Origin: Octopus bimaculoides
Lineage: Eukaryota
Length of the DNA stretch: 45,160 nucleotides
Assembly (NCBI RefSeq): GCF_001194135.2
Contig: NC_068990.1
Coordinates: forward strand, 74,161,528 to 74,206,687
Reading direction: 5' to 3'
In this document: one piece after another, positions 1 to 12,248 of the stretch
Position numbering within the stretch: position 1 is the stretch's first letter
Layout: every line of letters starts with the position of its first letter
Translations under genes and position numbers: made by a program
The notes under the pieces: generated by a model
What the model was told of the DNA's origin: nothing
Database searches by the model: none
What the model saw: the letters and a program-made list of their open reading frames with translations, nothing else

Positions 1-2151
1 CTTCCGTATGAGCTGTATAAATGTATGCCAGACTTGTTCGGGCATCTGTTGGCTGACGTTTACGCGAACTGGCAACAGAATGGGTTTATCCCCAGATCTG
101 TGCGCCGGGGAGTAGTGACGTTGGTCAGAAAGGACCCGGACAAGGGGGATGTTATAGAGAACTTCAGGCCCATCACTCTGTTAAACGCAGAAGTGAAGAT
201 TTTGGCCAAGGTCTTAGCGAAAAGGTTGGCGCGTGTCGGGGAGGCACAGATATGTGCCATCCCAGGCAGAACCATTCAGGATACCCTCCATCTTATCCGC
301 TATACCATAGAGAGGGTTGGTAATAAATCCGGCAAAGGTGGGGCACTGGTACATTTGGACCAATCTAAAGCTTTTGATAGGGTTGGCCATCGATACCTGG
401 CGACTGTGCTTGCGCGGTTCGGCTTGGGCCTTGGCTTCCTCAGGTGGTTTATTGCTTTGTACCACAACATTGACTCGATAGTTCGTCAAGGATGTCCGCT
501 CTCACCGCTTTNNNNNNNNNNNNNNNNNNNNNNNNNNNNNNNNNNNNNNCTCGAGCCACTACTGCGGAGGTTGAGTGGCATTCCGAGAGAACCAGGTCTA
601 GAGGAGCTTGTTACGGCTTACGCGGATGATATCACTATCAGCGTAACCTCAGTAGCACGCCTACGTGAAGTGGGTAAGACTATTAATGCTTACGAGGAGG
701 TGGCAGGAGCAAAGATTAACCGGGAAAAGTCGGTCGGCTTACAACTCGGCACCTGGGTTGCCAAGTCGATGCCTTCAGACAGCGCTGTTGGGCGCTGGAC
801 GGAGGGACCGGTTAAGTTGCTGGGAGTCTGGTTTGGACCAGGCCTCCAGATAGAGAAGAACTGGACAGAGGTATTGAGCAGGGTGGCTGCAGTAGTCNNN
901 NNNNNNNNNNNNNNNNNNNNNNNNNNNNNNNNNNNNNNNNNNNNNNNNNNNNNNNNNNNNNNNNNNNNNNNNNNNNNNNNNNNNNNNNNNNNNNNNNNNN
1001 NNNNNNNNNNNNNNNNNNNNNNNNNNNNNNNNNNNNNNNNNNNNNNNNNNNNNNNNNNNNNNNNNNNNNNNNNNNNNNNNNNNNNNNNNNNNNNNNNNNN
1101 NNNNNNNNNNNNNNNNNNNNNNNNNNNNNNNNNNNNNNNNNNNNNNNNNNNNNNNNNNNNNNNNNNNNNNNNNNNNNNNNNNNNNNNNNNNNNNNNNNNN
1201 NNNNNNNNNNNNNNNNNNNNNNNNNNNNNNNNNNNNNNNNNNNNNNNNNNNNNNNNNNNNNNNNNNNNNNNNNNNNNNNNNNNNNNNNNNNNNNNNNNNN
1301 NNNNNNNNNNNNNNNNNNNNNNNNNNNNNNNNNNNNNNNNNNNNNNNNNNNNNNNNNNNNNNNNNNNNNNNNNNNNNNNNNNNNNNNNNNNNNNNNNNNN
1401 NNNNNNNNNNNNNNNNNNNNNNNNNNNNNNNNNNNNNNNNNNNNNNNNNNNNNNNNNNNNNNNNNNNNNNNNNNNNNNNNNNNNNNNNNNNNNNNNNNNN
1501 NNNNNNNNNNNNNNNNNNNNNNNNNNNNNNNNNNNNNNNNNNNNNNNNNNNNNNNNNNNNNNNNNNNNNNNNNNNNNNNNNNNNNNNNNNNNNNNNNNNN
1601 NNNNNNNNNNNNNNNNNNNNNNNNNNNNNNNNNNNNNNNNNNNNNNNNNNNNNNNNNNNNNNNNNNNNNNNNNNNNNNNNNNNNNNNNNNNNNNNNNNNN
1701 NNNNNNNNNNNNNNNNNNNNNNNNNNNNNNNNNNNNNNNNNNNNNNNNNNNNNNNNNNNNNNNNNNNNNNNNNNNNNNNNNNNNNNNNNNNNNNNNNNNN
1801 NNNNNNNNNNNNNNNNNNNNNNNNNNNNNNNNNNNNNNNNNNNNNNNNNNNAAAAGGAAAGTGTGGCTGGAGAGAAGATGTCTGTCGGAGTGTACGTTCC
1901 AAAAGAGATGGAAGAATGTTGAACGAGTGTTGCACGAGTCCTTTCAGAAAAGAAAGGAAAAAAAAAGGTGCCAGCGAGAGATCGGGGCTTGTGGGGTCGC
2001 TTCATTTGTGTTGTCTAACGTTCTGTTGATATCATTCGATTTTTCTATTTTATATAATTTTTAAAGTCATGTTTTATGTAAACCATTCGCGTTACTGATC
2101 CCAATCAGTTGTTTTGTACCATTCTATGTTTGGCCCCCTGTGGGCAATAAA
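1..2151 (+). mobile_element. L1/Tx1-clade non-LTR retrotransposon, ORF2 reverse transcriptase region plus 3' UTR (gapped, probably defective)
   Basis: ORF 25-2064 has RT motifs NFRPITLLNAEVKILAK, LDQSKAFDRV, RQGCPLSP and AYADD, then GAKINREKS and KLLGVWF, typical of L1/Tx1 ORF2. After the gap come a basic C-terminus, a T-rich UTR and AATAAA at 2146-2151. Confidence 0.9.
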
Positions 2152-2156
2152 GAAAT

Positions 2157-2270
2157 GGGTATTTCGTCTATCTTTACGTTCCAAGTTCAAATTCCGCCGA
2201 GGTCGACTTCGCCTTTCATCCTTTCGGGGTCGATAAATTAAGTAACTGTTGCGTACTGAGGTCGATCTAA
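2157..2270 (+). mobile_element. SINE family A fragment (5' truncated)
   Basis: GTTCAAATTCCGCCGAGGTCGACTTCGCCTTTCATCCTTTCGGGGTCGATAAATTAAG, shared with at least eight other copies in the window; contains a B-box-like GTTCAAATTCC. Confidence 0.75.
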
Positions 2271-3337
2271 TATTGATGGGTTATTTAACAGAGTGACCAT
2301 CTTCTATGGACATGTTGTAATGAAAGTGAATGAGATGCCTCCCTCGTAGATGTCTTAAAGTGCACCGGACACCAATCAGAATTTTCCATGTCACTGAACT
2401 ATTGATAGATAGTCGCTGACAAGCCGACCGTGCAACAGGTTTGTACTGGATTAAACTCATCCACTGGTGCACATAGGGCGACCTTAAATACACACACACA
2501 CAGCTTCTTAAAATATCGTCCTACTTATATGAACAAAGTAAACGACGAGCGTAATATGTTAAAATTTAGAAATTTATGAAGAAAATAAATAACTTTTAAG
2601 ATTTATGATCTGCAGTTACTACCAATGTCAGTTGCCTTAAAAAATTCGATAATGCAAACATGATACACAAGAGACATCGTACACACCCAATCTACCTCCA
2701 TCAACTAATGTTCTGTCAATAATATTGCCCAGATGCTTGAGAAAGTGATAAAATATTCAAAACTTGCTCCTGGATATCAATCATATGCATGAGAAATTCC
2801 ATCATTGCTCTGTTCTAGGTGACGGATTGTCAATTGCAGAATTAAAAACATTTACATGGAAAACAATTTCTTGCTTAGACAACCTATAATTGAGAATGTA
2901 TTGCGTATTCTTTGGGGAGATTCAAAGATTCAAGGAGTCAACTATTGTATAGCTCTGAAAGTGAAGATATTTTAAGGGTTTTAAACTCTGGCTAACTTCG
3001 AACGAGAAATTTGATATATTCATGTGAGAAATTAAATTCCCATAAAAGAAAAAAACAAAAGATATTCGTTTTTTTCTTATGCATTTCTATTTTTGGAATG
3101 AGGTCAAAAATAATATCGAGAAATGTTGTTCGGATGTTAAAACCAATTGAATCGACCTTCCCCTCCTGAGTATAAGTTAAAGCTATTCTTATCAGGTCCA
3201 AAGGGAAGGAAATTATCGTCAACGTTGTTGCACAGTAATAACTCAGTAATTAACTAAATATCACAAAGCATTCAATTCTTGCTTCTACGAGTCTATTTCT
3301 CCCTTGTTTCTATTTATTTTGATAACTGTAATGTATT

Positions 3338-3657
3338 TGTGTGGTAAGTAGCTTGCTTACCAACCACATGGTTCCGGGTTCAATCCCACTGCGTGGCACC
3401 TTGGGTAAGTGTCTTCTACTATAGCTTCGGGCCGACCAAAGCATTGTGAGTGGATTTGGTAGACGGAAACTGAAAGAATCCCGTTGTATATATGCATATA
3501 TATGTATGTATGTATGTGTGTGTGTGTCTGTGTTTGTCCCCCTAGCGTTGCTTGACAACCGATGCTGGTGTGTTTATGTCCCGTCACTTAGCGGTTCGGC
3601 AAAAAGAGACCGATAGAATAAGTACTAGGCTTACAAAGAATAAGTCCCGGGGTCGAT
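3338..3657 (+). mobile_element. tRNA-derived SINE family B with tail type 1 (runs into gap)
   Basis: Head TGGTAAGTAGCTTGCTTACCAACCACATGGTTCCGGGTTCAATCCCACTGCGTGGCACCTTGGG has A/B-box-like motifs, followed by an internal (TG)n and a tail shared with 8165-8540 and 36660-37080. Confidence 0.8.
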
Positions 3658-3906
3658 NNNNNNNNNNNNNNNNNNNNNNNNNNNNNNNNNNNNNNNNNNN
3701 NNNNNNNNNNNNNNNNNNNNNNNNNNNNNNNNNNNNNNNNNNNNNNNNNNNNNNNNNNNNNNNNNNNNNNNNNNNNNNNNNNNNNNNNNNNNNNNNNNNN
3801 NNNNNNNNNNNNNNNNNNNNNNNNNNNNNNNNNNNNNNNNNNNNNNNNNNNNNNNNNNNNNNNNNNNNNNNNNNNNNNNNNNNNNNNNNNNNNNNNNNNN
3901 NNNNNN

Positions 3907-3940
<34 letters not shown>

Positions 3941-3941
<1 letters not shown>

Positions 3942-4132
3942 CTGGTGGAATCGTTAGCATACCAGGCAAAATGCTTAGCAGCATTTCGTTCGTCCTTATG
4001 TTGAGTTCAAATTCCGTCGAAGTCGATTTTCCCTTTCGGGGTAGATAAAACAAGTACCAGTTGAGCACTGGAATCGATTACATCAACTTATCCCCTTCCG
4101 AGAACTTGCTGGCCATATGCCAAAAATTTTAA

Positions 4133-4133
<1 letters not shown>
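3941..4133 (+). mobile_element. SINE family A copy
   Basis: GGAATCGTTAGCA...GAGTTCAAATTCCGTCGAAGTCGA...AAGTACCAGTTGAGCACTGG, homologous to the other family A copies. Confidence 0.75.
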
Positions 4134-4164
<31 letters not shown>

Positions 4165-5941
4165 GTATATGTGTGTGTGTGCGCGCGCGTGCGTGTGGAA
4201 AGCGAAGCTGAGCTTGTTAAGTTTGAAATTAGACTGTAAATTCACGTTACCAAATACCACAACATCCACTATTTCTGGTATTTTTACCGCCCCAAGAAAT
4301 ATGTGGCGTATTGAGCTTTTTTTATATTTATAAAAAGAAAAAGACCCACGTGATTAATACGCAGTTTAATCTCCTCAGTCAGGGAAAGGAAATTACTTTG
4401 AAAGTGACAGTAAAATCCCATAAGTCCATTATATTTATATAACACGAAAATAATGCATAGAACATGCATATTTTGTACAATATAACATGATAATGATCTA
4501 TCTTAATGTATATTAATGCAAGAAAAGTTAAGTAGAATTTTTTACTTTTTTTGTGGGGCGGGGGGAGAGAACCATTTCCATCAGTTTTTTTTTTCTGTGT
4601 AACTCTCTAGTCATGCAGCATTATTGCATCGATCACATACAACCATATCGGCTGTCATGCGCCCAGATGCACGTCACGGAATTGCGTCTTCTGTGGTGGT
4701 AATTGGTGGGTATAGTTATGTTAGAGCGGGTTACCTCAGCCGCTATTTGACTAATCCTTAAGTTTTGGCGCGAAGAGTCAGTACAACTAGATGCCTGTGG
4801 ACGCCGCATGATCAAGTTCTGTTAATGAAATTACATTTAATCGGGTCTTTTAACGAAAGTATCCGCATATTAAATAATGATATTACTATCTAAAGTTATG
4901 TATGATATTTGACAAACGCAATATGGTAACTATGGAACGAATTGGAAGACAAAATCCGTTATACACTCAGCATTTGTGTCGTAAGACAATAAGCCGACAA
5001 AGAAACAAAAAATCGAAAACACAATCTGTTATATGCCCAATGTTACTTCTTAACGTAATGGACTGATAAAATATTGAACAAATCGAAGACATACTTATTA
5101 TCGACAATATTTATTTATTAGACAATTGACCGAGTACCTTTGGAATGAAATCAAATACATGATCAGTTATAAGACAATATGAATATTATTCATAACACAT
5201 GGGATGGAATCGAAATCTTGATCTATAATAGACACATTATTACTATTATTTATATTTTTCGCCTTACATTCCTGGCAACATGGTTACATTCTGCGCTTTA
5301 AGAAGAAACAACTAATAAATAAGCAGCTTAGAAAGTTATTAAAATTCTATCCGACCAACTCTAATATTCCCTCCGAAATATATGATGTTGGTTGCGTGTA
5401 TACGTAGAGTGAGCGATCTGTTGCCCAATCGTGTATAAAGAAGGAATATTTGGATAAATGTACTTCTTAAAATGACTAGAATTAAATACCTGAGAGATCT
5501 GCGAAATAACTACAGCTGGTTTTGCGGTTAGTTTAGCATGCAAGAAAATAAGAAATATTATAATCAAATTTGACATCGATACTTAACTATGTAAAATTAA
5601 ATTTAGTCTTTTTCTCCATAATTAATTAAAAAATAATATAACTTCCTCTTAGTTAAATTTTCCCACCAAATTTCTTTTCTATTTGTCTTAGCCGAAATGT
5701 TTTATCTTTCTGCAATGTAATTGGCCGATAAGTACATATTATAACTCAGTTGCACATATTACTATTATCTGTTTTTTAGAACCCACAACTCCGTGGGACG
5801 GAGAGCTACTACACTTAATTCACTAAGAGAGTGAGCTCAAGTCCAACCGTTTCCACTTTTCTCTGATTTGAAAGAAAGGATGAAGTACAGGGTTTTAAGG
5901 TTTAAGGTGTTACCAACTCGGTCGTATTGTTACTAGCGTGT

Positions 5942-6112
5942 CACTAGCGTAGCTACAGTGTGTGCTGCTCGGGGCGGCCCCTTCAGTTTGCCCCCCCCCC
6001 CNNNNNNNNNNCCCCCCCCCCCACCTAAAATACATATAGCCTACATCAGAGTCCAAAGTGGTGCTGCCTGAAGCGGACCGTCCCCTTCGCCCCATCTCTA
6101 GCCACGCTAGTG
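5942..6112. mobile_element. Small GC-rich MITE-like element
   Basis: 14-bp inverted termini CACTAGCGTAGCTA (5942-5955) and TAGCCACGCTAGTG (6099-6112), one mismatch; no clear TSD. Confidence 0.4.
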
Positions 6113-7220
6113 CGTACTGTAGCAGAAGAATATTAAAGAGAGACTGTCTAAGATTTTTAAGCATAATTATGTACAAAGCGTTTATTCTATAGGTTCTTTT
6201 AACAAACTTTCAAAAGTTTTGATAACATTATCCCAATGAGAAAGCTTTCTCGACTACATTCACTTCCTGACTTCAAAATAAAAATAGTTTCCAAGGCAAA
6301 AGTGGCGAGTATGTTACAAACAATCTAGTATGCTAAGACGGCGCTTTAGAACTTTCTGTACAGTCTTTATGATATCGCCAGTGACAAAGTCCCAGAAAAA
6401 AATGCAATTTCACATATTGTGAATTACCGCCACGCTTACCATCTGCAAATATTGAGCTGCAAAGGTGACACCAAGTCAAGAATCTCAGATATAAGTGTGA
6501 TATACCATCTCTTTGCTCTCGCCTAGACTTCAAGACCAGAAAAACATTTCCAAATGTCCTTTAATCGATGAAAGACATTTCCTGCAATGCATCATCTCTT
6601 TTATTGAAACAAAAATAACGATCGGTGACTTCCTTTCTCACCCCTTCATGCATAAATTCGTCAAATAAGGAGGTGCTCGCTTTTGCCTATTGTTTCACGT
6701 CATTTCATTTATCCGCTGTCGACCGATGTCTCGTATTTGTTTCTAGATTGCAAAGCTACAGAAGTTAGTTGTCTTCGATGGGGTGGGTGCGTGGTAGTGC
6801 TGCTTTTATTTTTGTCAATTAAGTTTCGTTTGTGCCACATTAAAAACAAAATAACATATATCATCAAATTGAATATGTACAACTGTTTTGTTGTCATCTA
6901 CTTATCTTTCATTCTAAAGCTGTTTTTGAGTTTTGAAAAATTTCGTTGTATGGTGTATTCACTTCCAGCACTATTGGGGTCAACAACTCCCACTACCCAA
7001 GAAGTAGCCATAGTAAATCACCAATAAGCAATGTAGAAAAAGTATTTATAGAAATACCTTCAACTCTGAGCAATGGATGGGCATTTAGATTTTTCAGAAG
7101 AACCAAATAAAAGCATTTTCCTTTCAATCAATTAGAGGAGGGAAATGCAGTTTTAGGAAATACGAGTAATAAAAATCGTTTCTGCTATAGACACAAGTCA
7201 TGAAATTTTAACAATGGAAC

Positions 7221-7387
7221 CTAGTCTGTTACATCGATCCCAGAACTTGGCTGGTATATATTTTATCGACTCCGAAAGGATGAAAAGCTAAGTCGACATA
7301 GGTGGAATTTGAATTCAGATTGTAAAATCGGACAAAACAATAAGCATTTTGCCCAGCATGCTAACAAGTCTGCTAGCTCACCACCTT
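7221..7387 (-). mobile_element. SINE family A copy
   Basis: Reverse complement of the family A body (TTTATCGACTCCGAAAGGATGAAAAGCTAAGTCGAC...GAATTTGAATTC); CpGs retained. Confidence 0.7.
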
Positions 7388-8164
7388 ATAATATAATAGG
7401 TAATATTAGGGAGAAATTTAGTTGCTAGCTGCTGTGGAATGTTGTATCCTGTCTTGCTTGGAGGCTCGAAACAGACGCCCGGTGATTTAGGCTCCAGTCT
7501 GTTTAACTAGCGTAAAACAAAAACGCGAAACTAGAAATGTTTTAGAAGCCAAATCACACTACTGCTTCACGTGAAACTGTAATGGCATACTCATGATTGC
7601 AAACTGATTATTTCGCAGCTGGAATTCGAATCCCTACATTCTCAATTCTGCCAGTTCATCGCCCTTATAACAAGAATTTCATGCAAAATAACATGGTCAT
7701 AAATTTCTGGGAGGTGGTCATATTATTATAAATCGATTCCAGTGTTAGACTGTTCAAATTTTATGAACTCTAGAAGGAGTTAAGGCAAAGCGGATCTTGA
7801 TAGAAAACCTATTTAGAGCATAAATGAATGCATCTACTATTATTGAGAAGAAACCTATGAAAAACAGCATCTACGTAAGGTTATGTATGTTAAATTAGAC
7901 ATTAACAGATGTCAGGTTTATATAACTTAATAAAAGTATATTATTATTCAGAATGAAAACAACAGCCCTAAAACTTGGTAGTTCCATTTGTAAATGGGAT
8001 CCAACCAGAACAAATCCGAATTTCAACCCCTTCTTGTGGAAACCACAACACAACTGTGCTCAACGAAATTTTCGGTGAATAGCGCAAATACTTTATTTTT
8101 GTCTTTCCAAATTTCTTCTACTATCAGAATTAACAAGCCCAAATTTCTAAATCTGCTGATTGGA

Positions 8165-8540
8165 AAGTCGCTGGTGTGGCTATACTGTAAGAAGTTTATT
8201 CCCCAGCTATATGTTTCCGGGTTCAGTCTCACTGCGTGGCACCTCACGCGTGTGTCTTCTACTATAACCGAGGTCGACCAAAGTCTTGGACTAGATCTGT
8301 CATAAGGAAACTAAAAAGAACCTGTCATGTGTGTGTGTTTGTCTCCATCACCTTTTGGCAACCGTTGTTGTTTTTTTATTTCTCCGTAGCCTAGCGATTC
8401 GGCAAAAAGAGATCGATGGAATAAGTACCGAAATTACAAACGTAAGTACTGCGATCGATTCATTATTCGTTCTACTAAATTCCTTCAAGGTGGCGCCCCA
8501 GCATGGCCATAGTCCAGAGACTGAAGCAAGCAAAAAATAA
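8165..8540 (+). mobile_element. SINE family B with tail type 1
   Basis: CCGGGTTCAGTCTCACTGCGTGGCACC head and CGGCAAAAAGAGATCGATGGAATAAGTAC...CCAGCATGGCCATAGTC tail. Confidence 0.7.
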
Positions 8541-8912
8541 AAATTAAAAGATTTCTCATTGACACGAAATTAAAGATCAATATGGCGTGGTATTTCACTT
8601 TACAGTTTTCTCCTCAAATTATATGTTATGTAGTTTGTCAAGTGACTCGATGTCAGATAGTTGAGTTGAAACCGGAGCAATTACATAGTGGAAAAATCAC
8701 GATAACCACTTAGTTATTTATCATTATATTAACTTCTATTTTGTAATAGGATTATATACTTTAGCAGTAATGGTGAATCTATGACATGTGTGTCAGCTGC
8801 GGCACCATCTCAGGTTTACAGGTGACATGTGATGAAATCAAAAAATATATACAATTTTCTTAGAATATCAAGCTGTAAAAAGCTTATCTGTAAGCATTTA
8901 AATAAAAATAGC

Positions 8913-9493
8913 GGATCTTTTTTAAAACGGGGGCCACATTTTTCATTAACGAAACACTTTGAAACTTGGAACACTGGTAGAATGTGTCATATAAAACATC
9001 TTTTTCTCTTAGTCTTCTTTAAAAAAAAAAGAAATCCATAAATTATTCCATGTTAAAGTTGTCGTATTTCTGTAATTTCAACCAATCACTGACGTCCATT
9101 CAGCCGATATACATTAAGTGCCGACTACATAAACAAACGATTCTGAAACAATTAACCCTAACCCTAACCCTAACCCTAGGGTTAGGGTTAGGGTTAGAGT
9201 TAAAGCAAATTTAAAATGAAAAAAGCAAATAAAACGAAGGTATGGAGATTAAATACGCTTTACATCGCTTAGTGAGCCAAAGGAGTAAATGTAAACAACT
9301 GAATACTTGTCAGTGATTGGTTGAAATTATCGAAATAAGACAATTTTTTACATGAAATAAATTCGAATACAAAAATATTTTTCTGTTCTATAACACAAAA
9401 TAGATAAGTATACGAAGTTTGAAAGTCTTTCGCTACCAAAAACACTACGTAAAACATTAATGAAAAATGTGGCCCCCGTTTTAAAAAAGATCC
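8913..9493. mobile_element. 581-bp MITE with perfect 37-bp TIRs, 8-bp TSD and central telomeric-repeat palindrome
   Basis: TIR GGATCTTTTTTAAAACGGGGGCCACATTTTTCATTAA at 8913-8949, exact reverse complement at 9457-9493. TSD AAAATAGC at 8905-8912 and 9494-9501. An internal imperfect inverted repeat lies at about 9041-9093 / 9309-9363. Confidence 0.92.
9152..9203. repeat. Palindromic telomere-type repeat (TAACCC)4 TA (GGGTTA)n
   Basis: TTAACCCTAACCCTAACCCTAACCCT|AGGGTTAGGGTTAGGGTTAGAGTTAA: 26-bp arms with one mismatch. Confidence 0.95.
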
Positions 9494-9639
9494 AAAATAG
9501 CGTATATAGTTTAAACAAGTCTTTTCAATAACAAGATTATAAAGAAATTCAAACTTCAGCATGCCGAGCTAAAGAGATTCACCTTCACTGTACCACTGTA
9601 CTATATAATGTCTGAGAAGTTGCGTAGTACTCATGTTGT

Positions 9640-9830
9640 ACTTGTGTTGCACTTGTGATTACACGATCGTGGTTTCGATTTCCGGGCTTGGAAGTACATT
9701 GTGTTCTTGAGCAAAACATTTCATTTCACATGGTTCCAGTTCATTCAGCTGTAAATGAATAACTCTGCGACTAACTGGTGTCTTGTTCGGGGGAGAATGT
9801 TGTGATCTTGGATAGTTGTACCTTCATGGA
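9640..9830 (+). mobile_element. Degenerate CORE-like tRNA SINE
   Basis: GGTTTCGATTTCC B-box, then TGTGTTCTTGAGCAAAACATTTCATTTCACAT...CATTCAGCTGTAAATGA, resembling the CORE domain. Confidence 0.55.
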
Positions 9831-9949
9831 AATCGGATAACCGGCCCTACGAATTCTAGAACTCGAAACAGTAACATCCAAAGATTATCTATATCTCCGA
9901 ATTGGTCACTACACCATTCTGCTTTTTCTAAAAAAAAAAACGAAAAACA

Positions 9950-10115
9950 TGTGTAGGCGTGGCTTTATGGTAACAAGTTTGCTTCCTAACTACATGGTTC
10001 TGGGTTCAGTCTCACTGCATTGCACCTTAGGCAAGTGTCTTCTACTATATCCTCGAGCTGACCAAAGCCTTGTGAGTGGATTTGGTGGACGGAAAGTGAA
10101 AGAAGCCTGTCATAC
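9950..10115 (+). mobile_element. SINE family B head/body
   Basis: GGCGTGGCTTTATGGTAACAAGTTTGCTTCCTAACTACATGGTTCTGGGTTCAGTCTCACTGC...GACCAAAGCCTTGTGAGTGGATTTGG. Confidence 0.75.
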
Positions 10116-10292
10116 ATACATACATACATATACACAGGTATGTTGATGCAAATAGGAAAAATAGAACTCAAAATATGAGTACATTACTGAAATAAATCTA
10201 AGGATAACAACAGGTCATCGAAACTGTGCCGGTGCTTTACTTATCATCTACTTATACATTTTGTATAATTTCTCCATAATATATATATATGC

Positions 10293-10351
<59 letters not shown>

Positions 10352-10721
10352 ATCAGAAGTATTAATAAAAATATTAATAGAAAAACACATATACTCATGT
10401 TTTGAGTTGTATTTTTTCTGCTTGCTCCAACATACCTCCAAGGTGTCCCAAAATTAAGGCAACCAACTTTTTTCAATCTTGCCAAAGAAACATATTCTCA
10501 TATTTCGAGTCCTAATGTTGCAGAGTATATAATATAATATTACATATTTTGTATACAATACTATAATATCATAAATTCATAGCGTCCTTCAATCCGCTGT
10601 CTACCTCCCAATGCCTCCTTTTTCTCTACCGCTCTCCCCGCACCATCCCCCTTAGACACCAGCGCCCACTTGGACCATCTAAACGTCCACCGGGGGGCGG
10701 TAGCGCCCATTTTGTGAACCT

Positions 10722-10985
10722 ATGTGTTAAGCAACCAACGCCATAAACTTCACATATATCTTTGTGAGCCTCGGCAGCTTTCTTGCCTTTACGGAAATTA
10801 GAAAGCAAAATATGGCGAAGATGTTAGCTTTGCACCGCATGTTAGAATTGACACTGAACTAAAGTAAGTTAAAAGTAACGGTCATCAAATGTCAAAAGCA
10901 AAAAATCATGACATTCTCAAAAGTCATTTAGAAAAATCGTAACTCTATTTGCGAAAAACGAAATCACTTTCTTGGCAACCCAATA
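10722..10985 (-). mobile_element. Mariner-type DNA transposon 5' fragment (TIR plus N-terminal HTH of transposase)
   Basis: Minus strand reads TA|TTGGGTTGCCAAGAAAGTGATTTCGTTTTTCGC, a mariner-like TIR. The peptide HLRHILLSNFRKGKKAAEAHKDICEVYG resembles a mariner transposase N-terminus. Confidence 0.8.
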
Positions 10986-12248
10986 TGTTTGTGTGTGTGT
11001 GTGTAGTAAAAAGCTACGTGGTGAGTTGTGAAAAATATAAGAAAAAGTAAAATGCACACAATAGATAATTTTTTTATGAGATAAAATAGTTAAAGTCAAC
11101 TAGTTTGGCTTTTGCTAATTAAGGCTATGAAATTAATGAAAATATTACAATTTGATTGTATTAAAAGAATTTTTTATCCATGCTAGAAGCAGAAAAAATG
11201 TGGACTAAAATCGTCTTTTGATACCATGAAATTGTAATATTTTCACTAATTAATTTCTTAGTCATGATTAGCAAAAGTGAAACAGGTTGACTATCTCAAA
11301 AAATATATACATTCTGTGAATTTTCTTTCTTATATTTGTCACACACACATACACATAGATAGGGGTAGCAGACAAGTTTTAAGCTTCTTGGGAAATTCTC
11401 TATATTATGAGAAAAGCCGATTTTCTGGTGCACTGCACAAAACAAAGAAGCCCAACCATTAAATGTCAAGTTTAAAGATCTATTTTCACCCCAGTTTTCT
11501 ATGAATCCTGGGTGACAAGGTAAAGGAGTACTAACTTCCATTTATTTATATTGATTTAATATTGTACATATGAATAGTATATTACTTTAGCATCGATTTC
11601 TCATATAGCAAACCAAATATAACTAACTGCACCCATGGAATCTTCATAATCATTTTGAAAACAATAAGATTGCTGAAAACTGGTGGAAAAACCATGAAAT
11701 TCTTAATATCTTTTGAAATTGTATTTTTTCTGAAATTTTTGATTCTTGAGATGGCATAGAGTTCATATAAGTAGTACTGAAGGTGAATTCGTTCTAAAGA
11801 ACATCTTCAAAAATTATACACTTCCTATACTGTTTGCGTATTATAGATTATGTATTTAATTCCATTCCAGCTTTATATATGTAAAGTGAAGCAGAATACT
11901 ATTGATTTTAGTATGTTACTTTTATCAATTTCATCAATCACTGAAGGATAAAAGTAAAATGGTTGAAACTGTTGAGATTTGAACTTGGAATCCAGGTCAA
12001 TAGCACACACACACATACACACACACATGAACAAAATAAAACAGTAAACTATTTTATGACAATGTTACTATTGTGAGACTTTTAATACAGCTGGAGAAAG
12101 GATTTGATTAATCACTATCAACTGATTTTATTAAAACCAAATAAAATCTTATGAATTTTGCCAACTTTTATATTTGTTATTTTAAGGCTTCAACATTTTA
12201 ATATTTTTCACATTCTGTGAGAATTTGTGTGAAGCAACATTTGTCACA

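Noticed and set aside
775-2005. Long minus-strand ORFs 775-1935 and 812-2005
   Set aside because: Almost entirely X from the gap, and antisense to the LINE ORF2.
4620-4830. GC-richer segment as a structured ncRNA (snRNA, RNase P/MRP, telomerase RNA)
   Set aside because: None of the diagnostic conserved motifs I know could be found; only a short GCGG/CCGC hairpin.
9152-9203. Ancient telomere-telomere chromosome fusion site
   Set aside because: Orientation is (CCCTAA)n then (TTAGGG)n, opposite to a fusion; the array is tiny and sits inside a MITE with TIRs and TSD.
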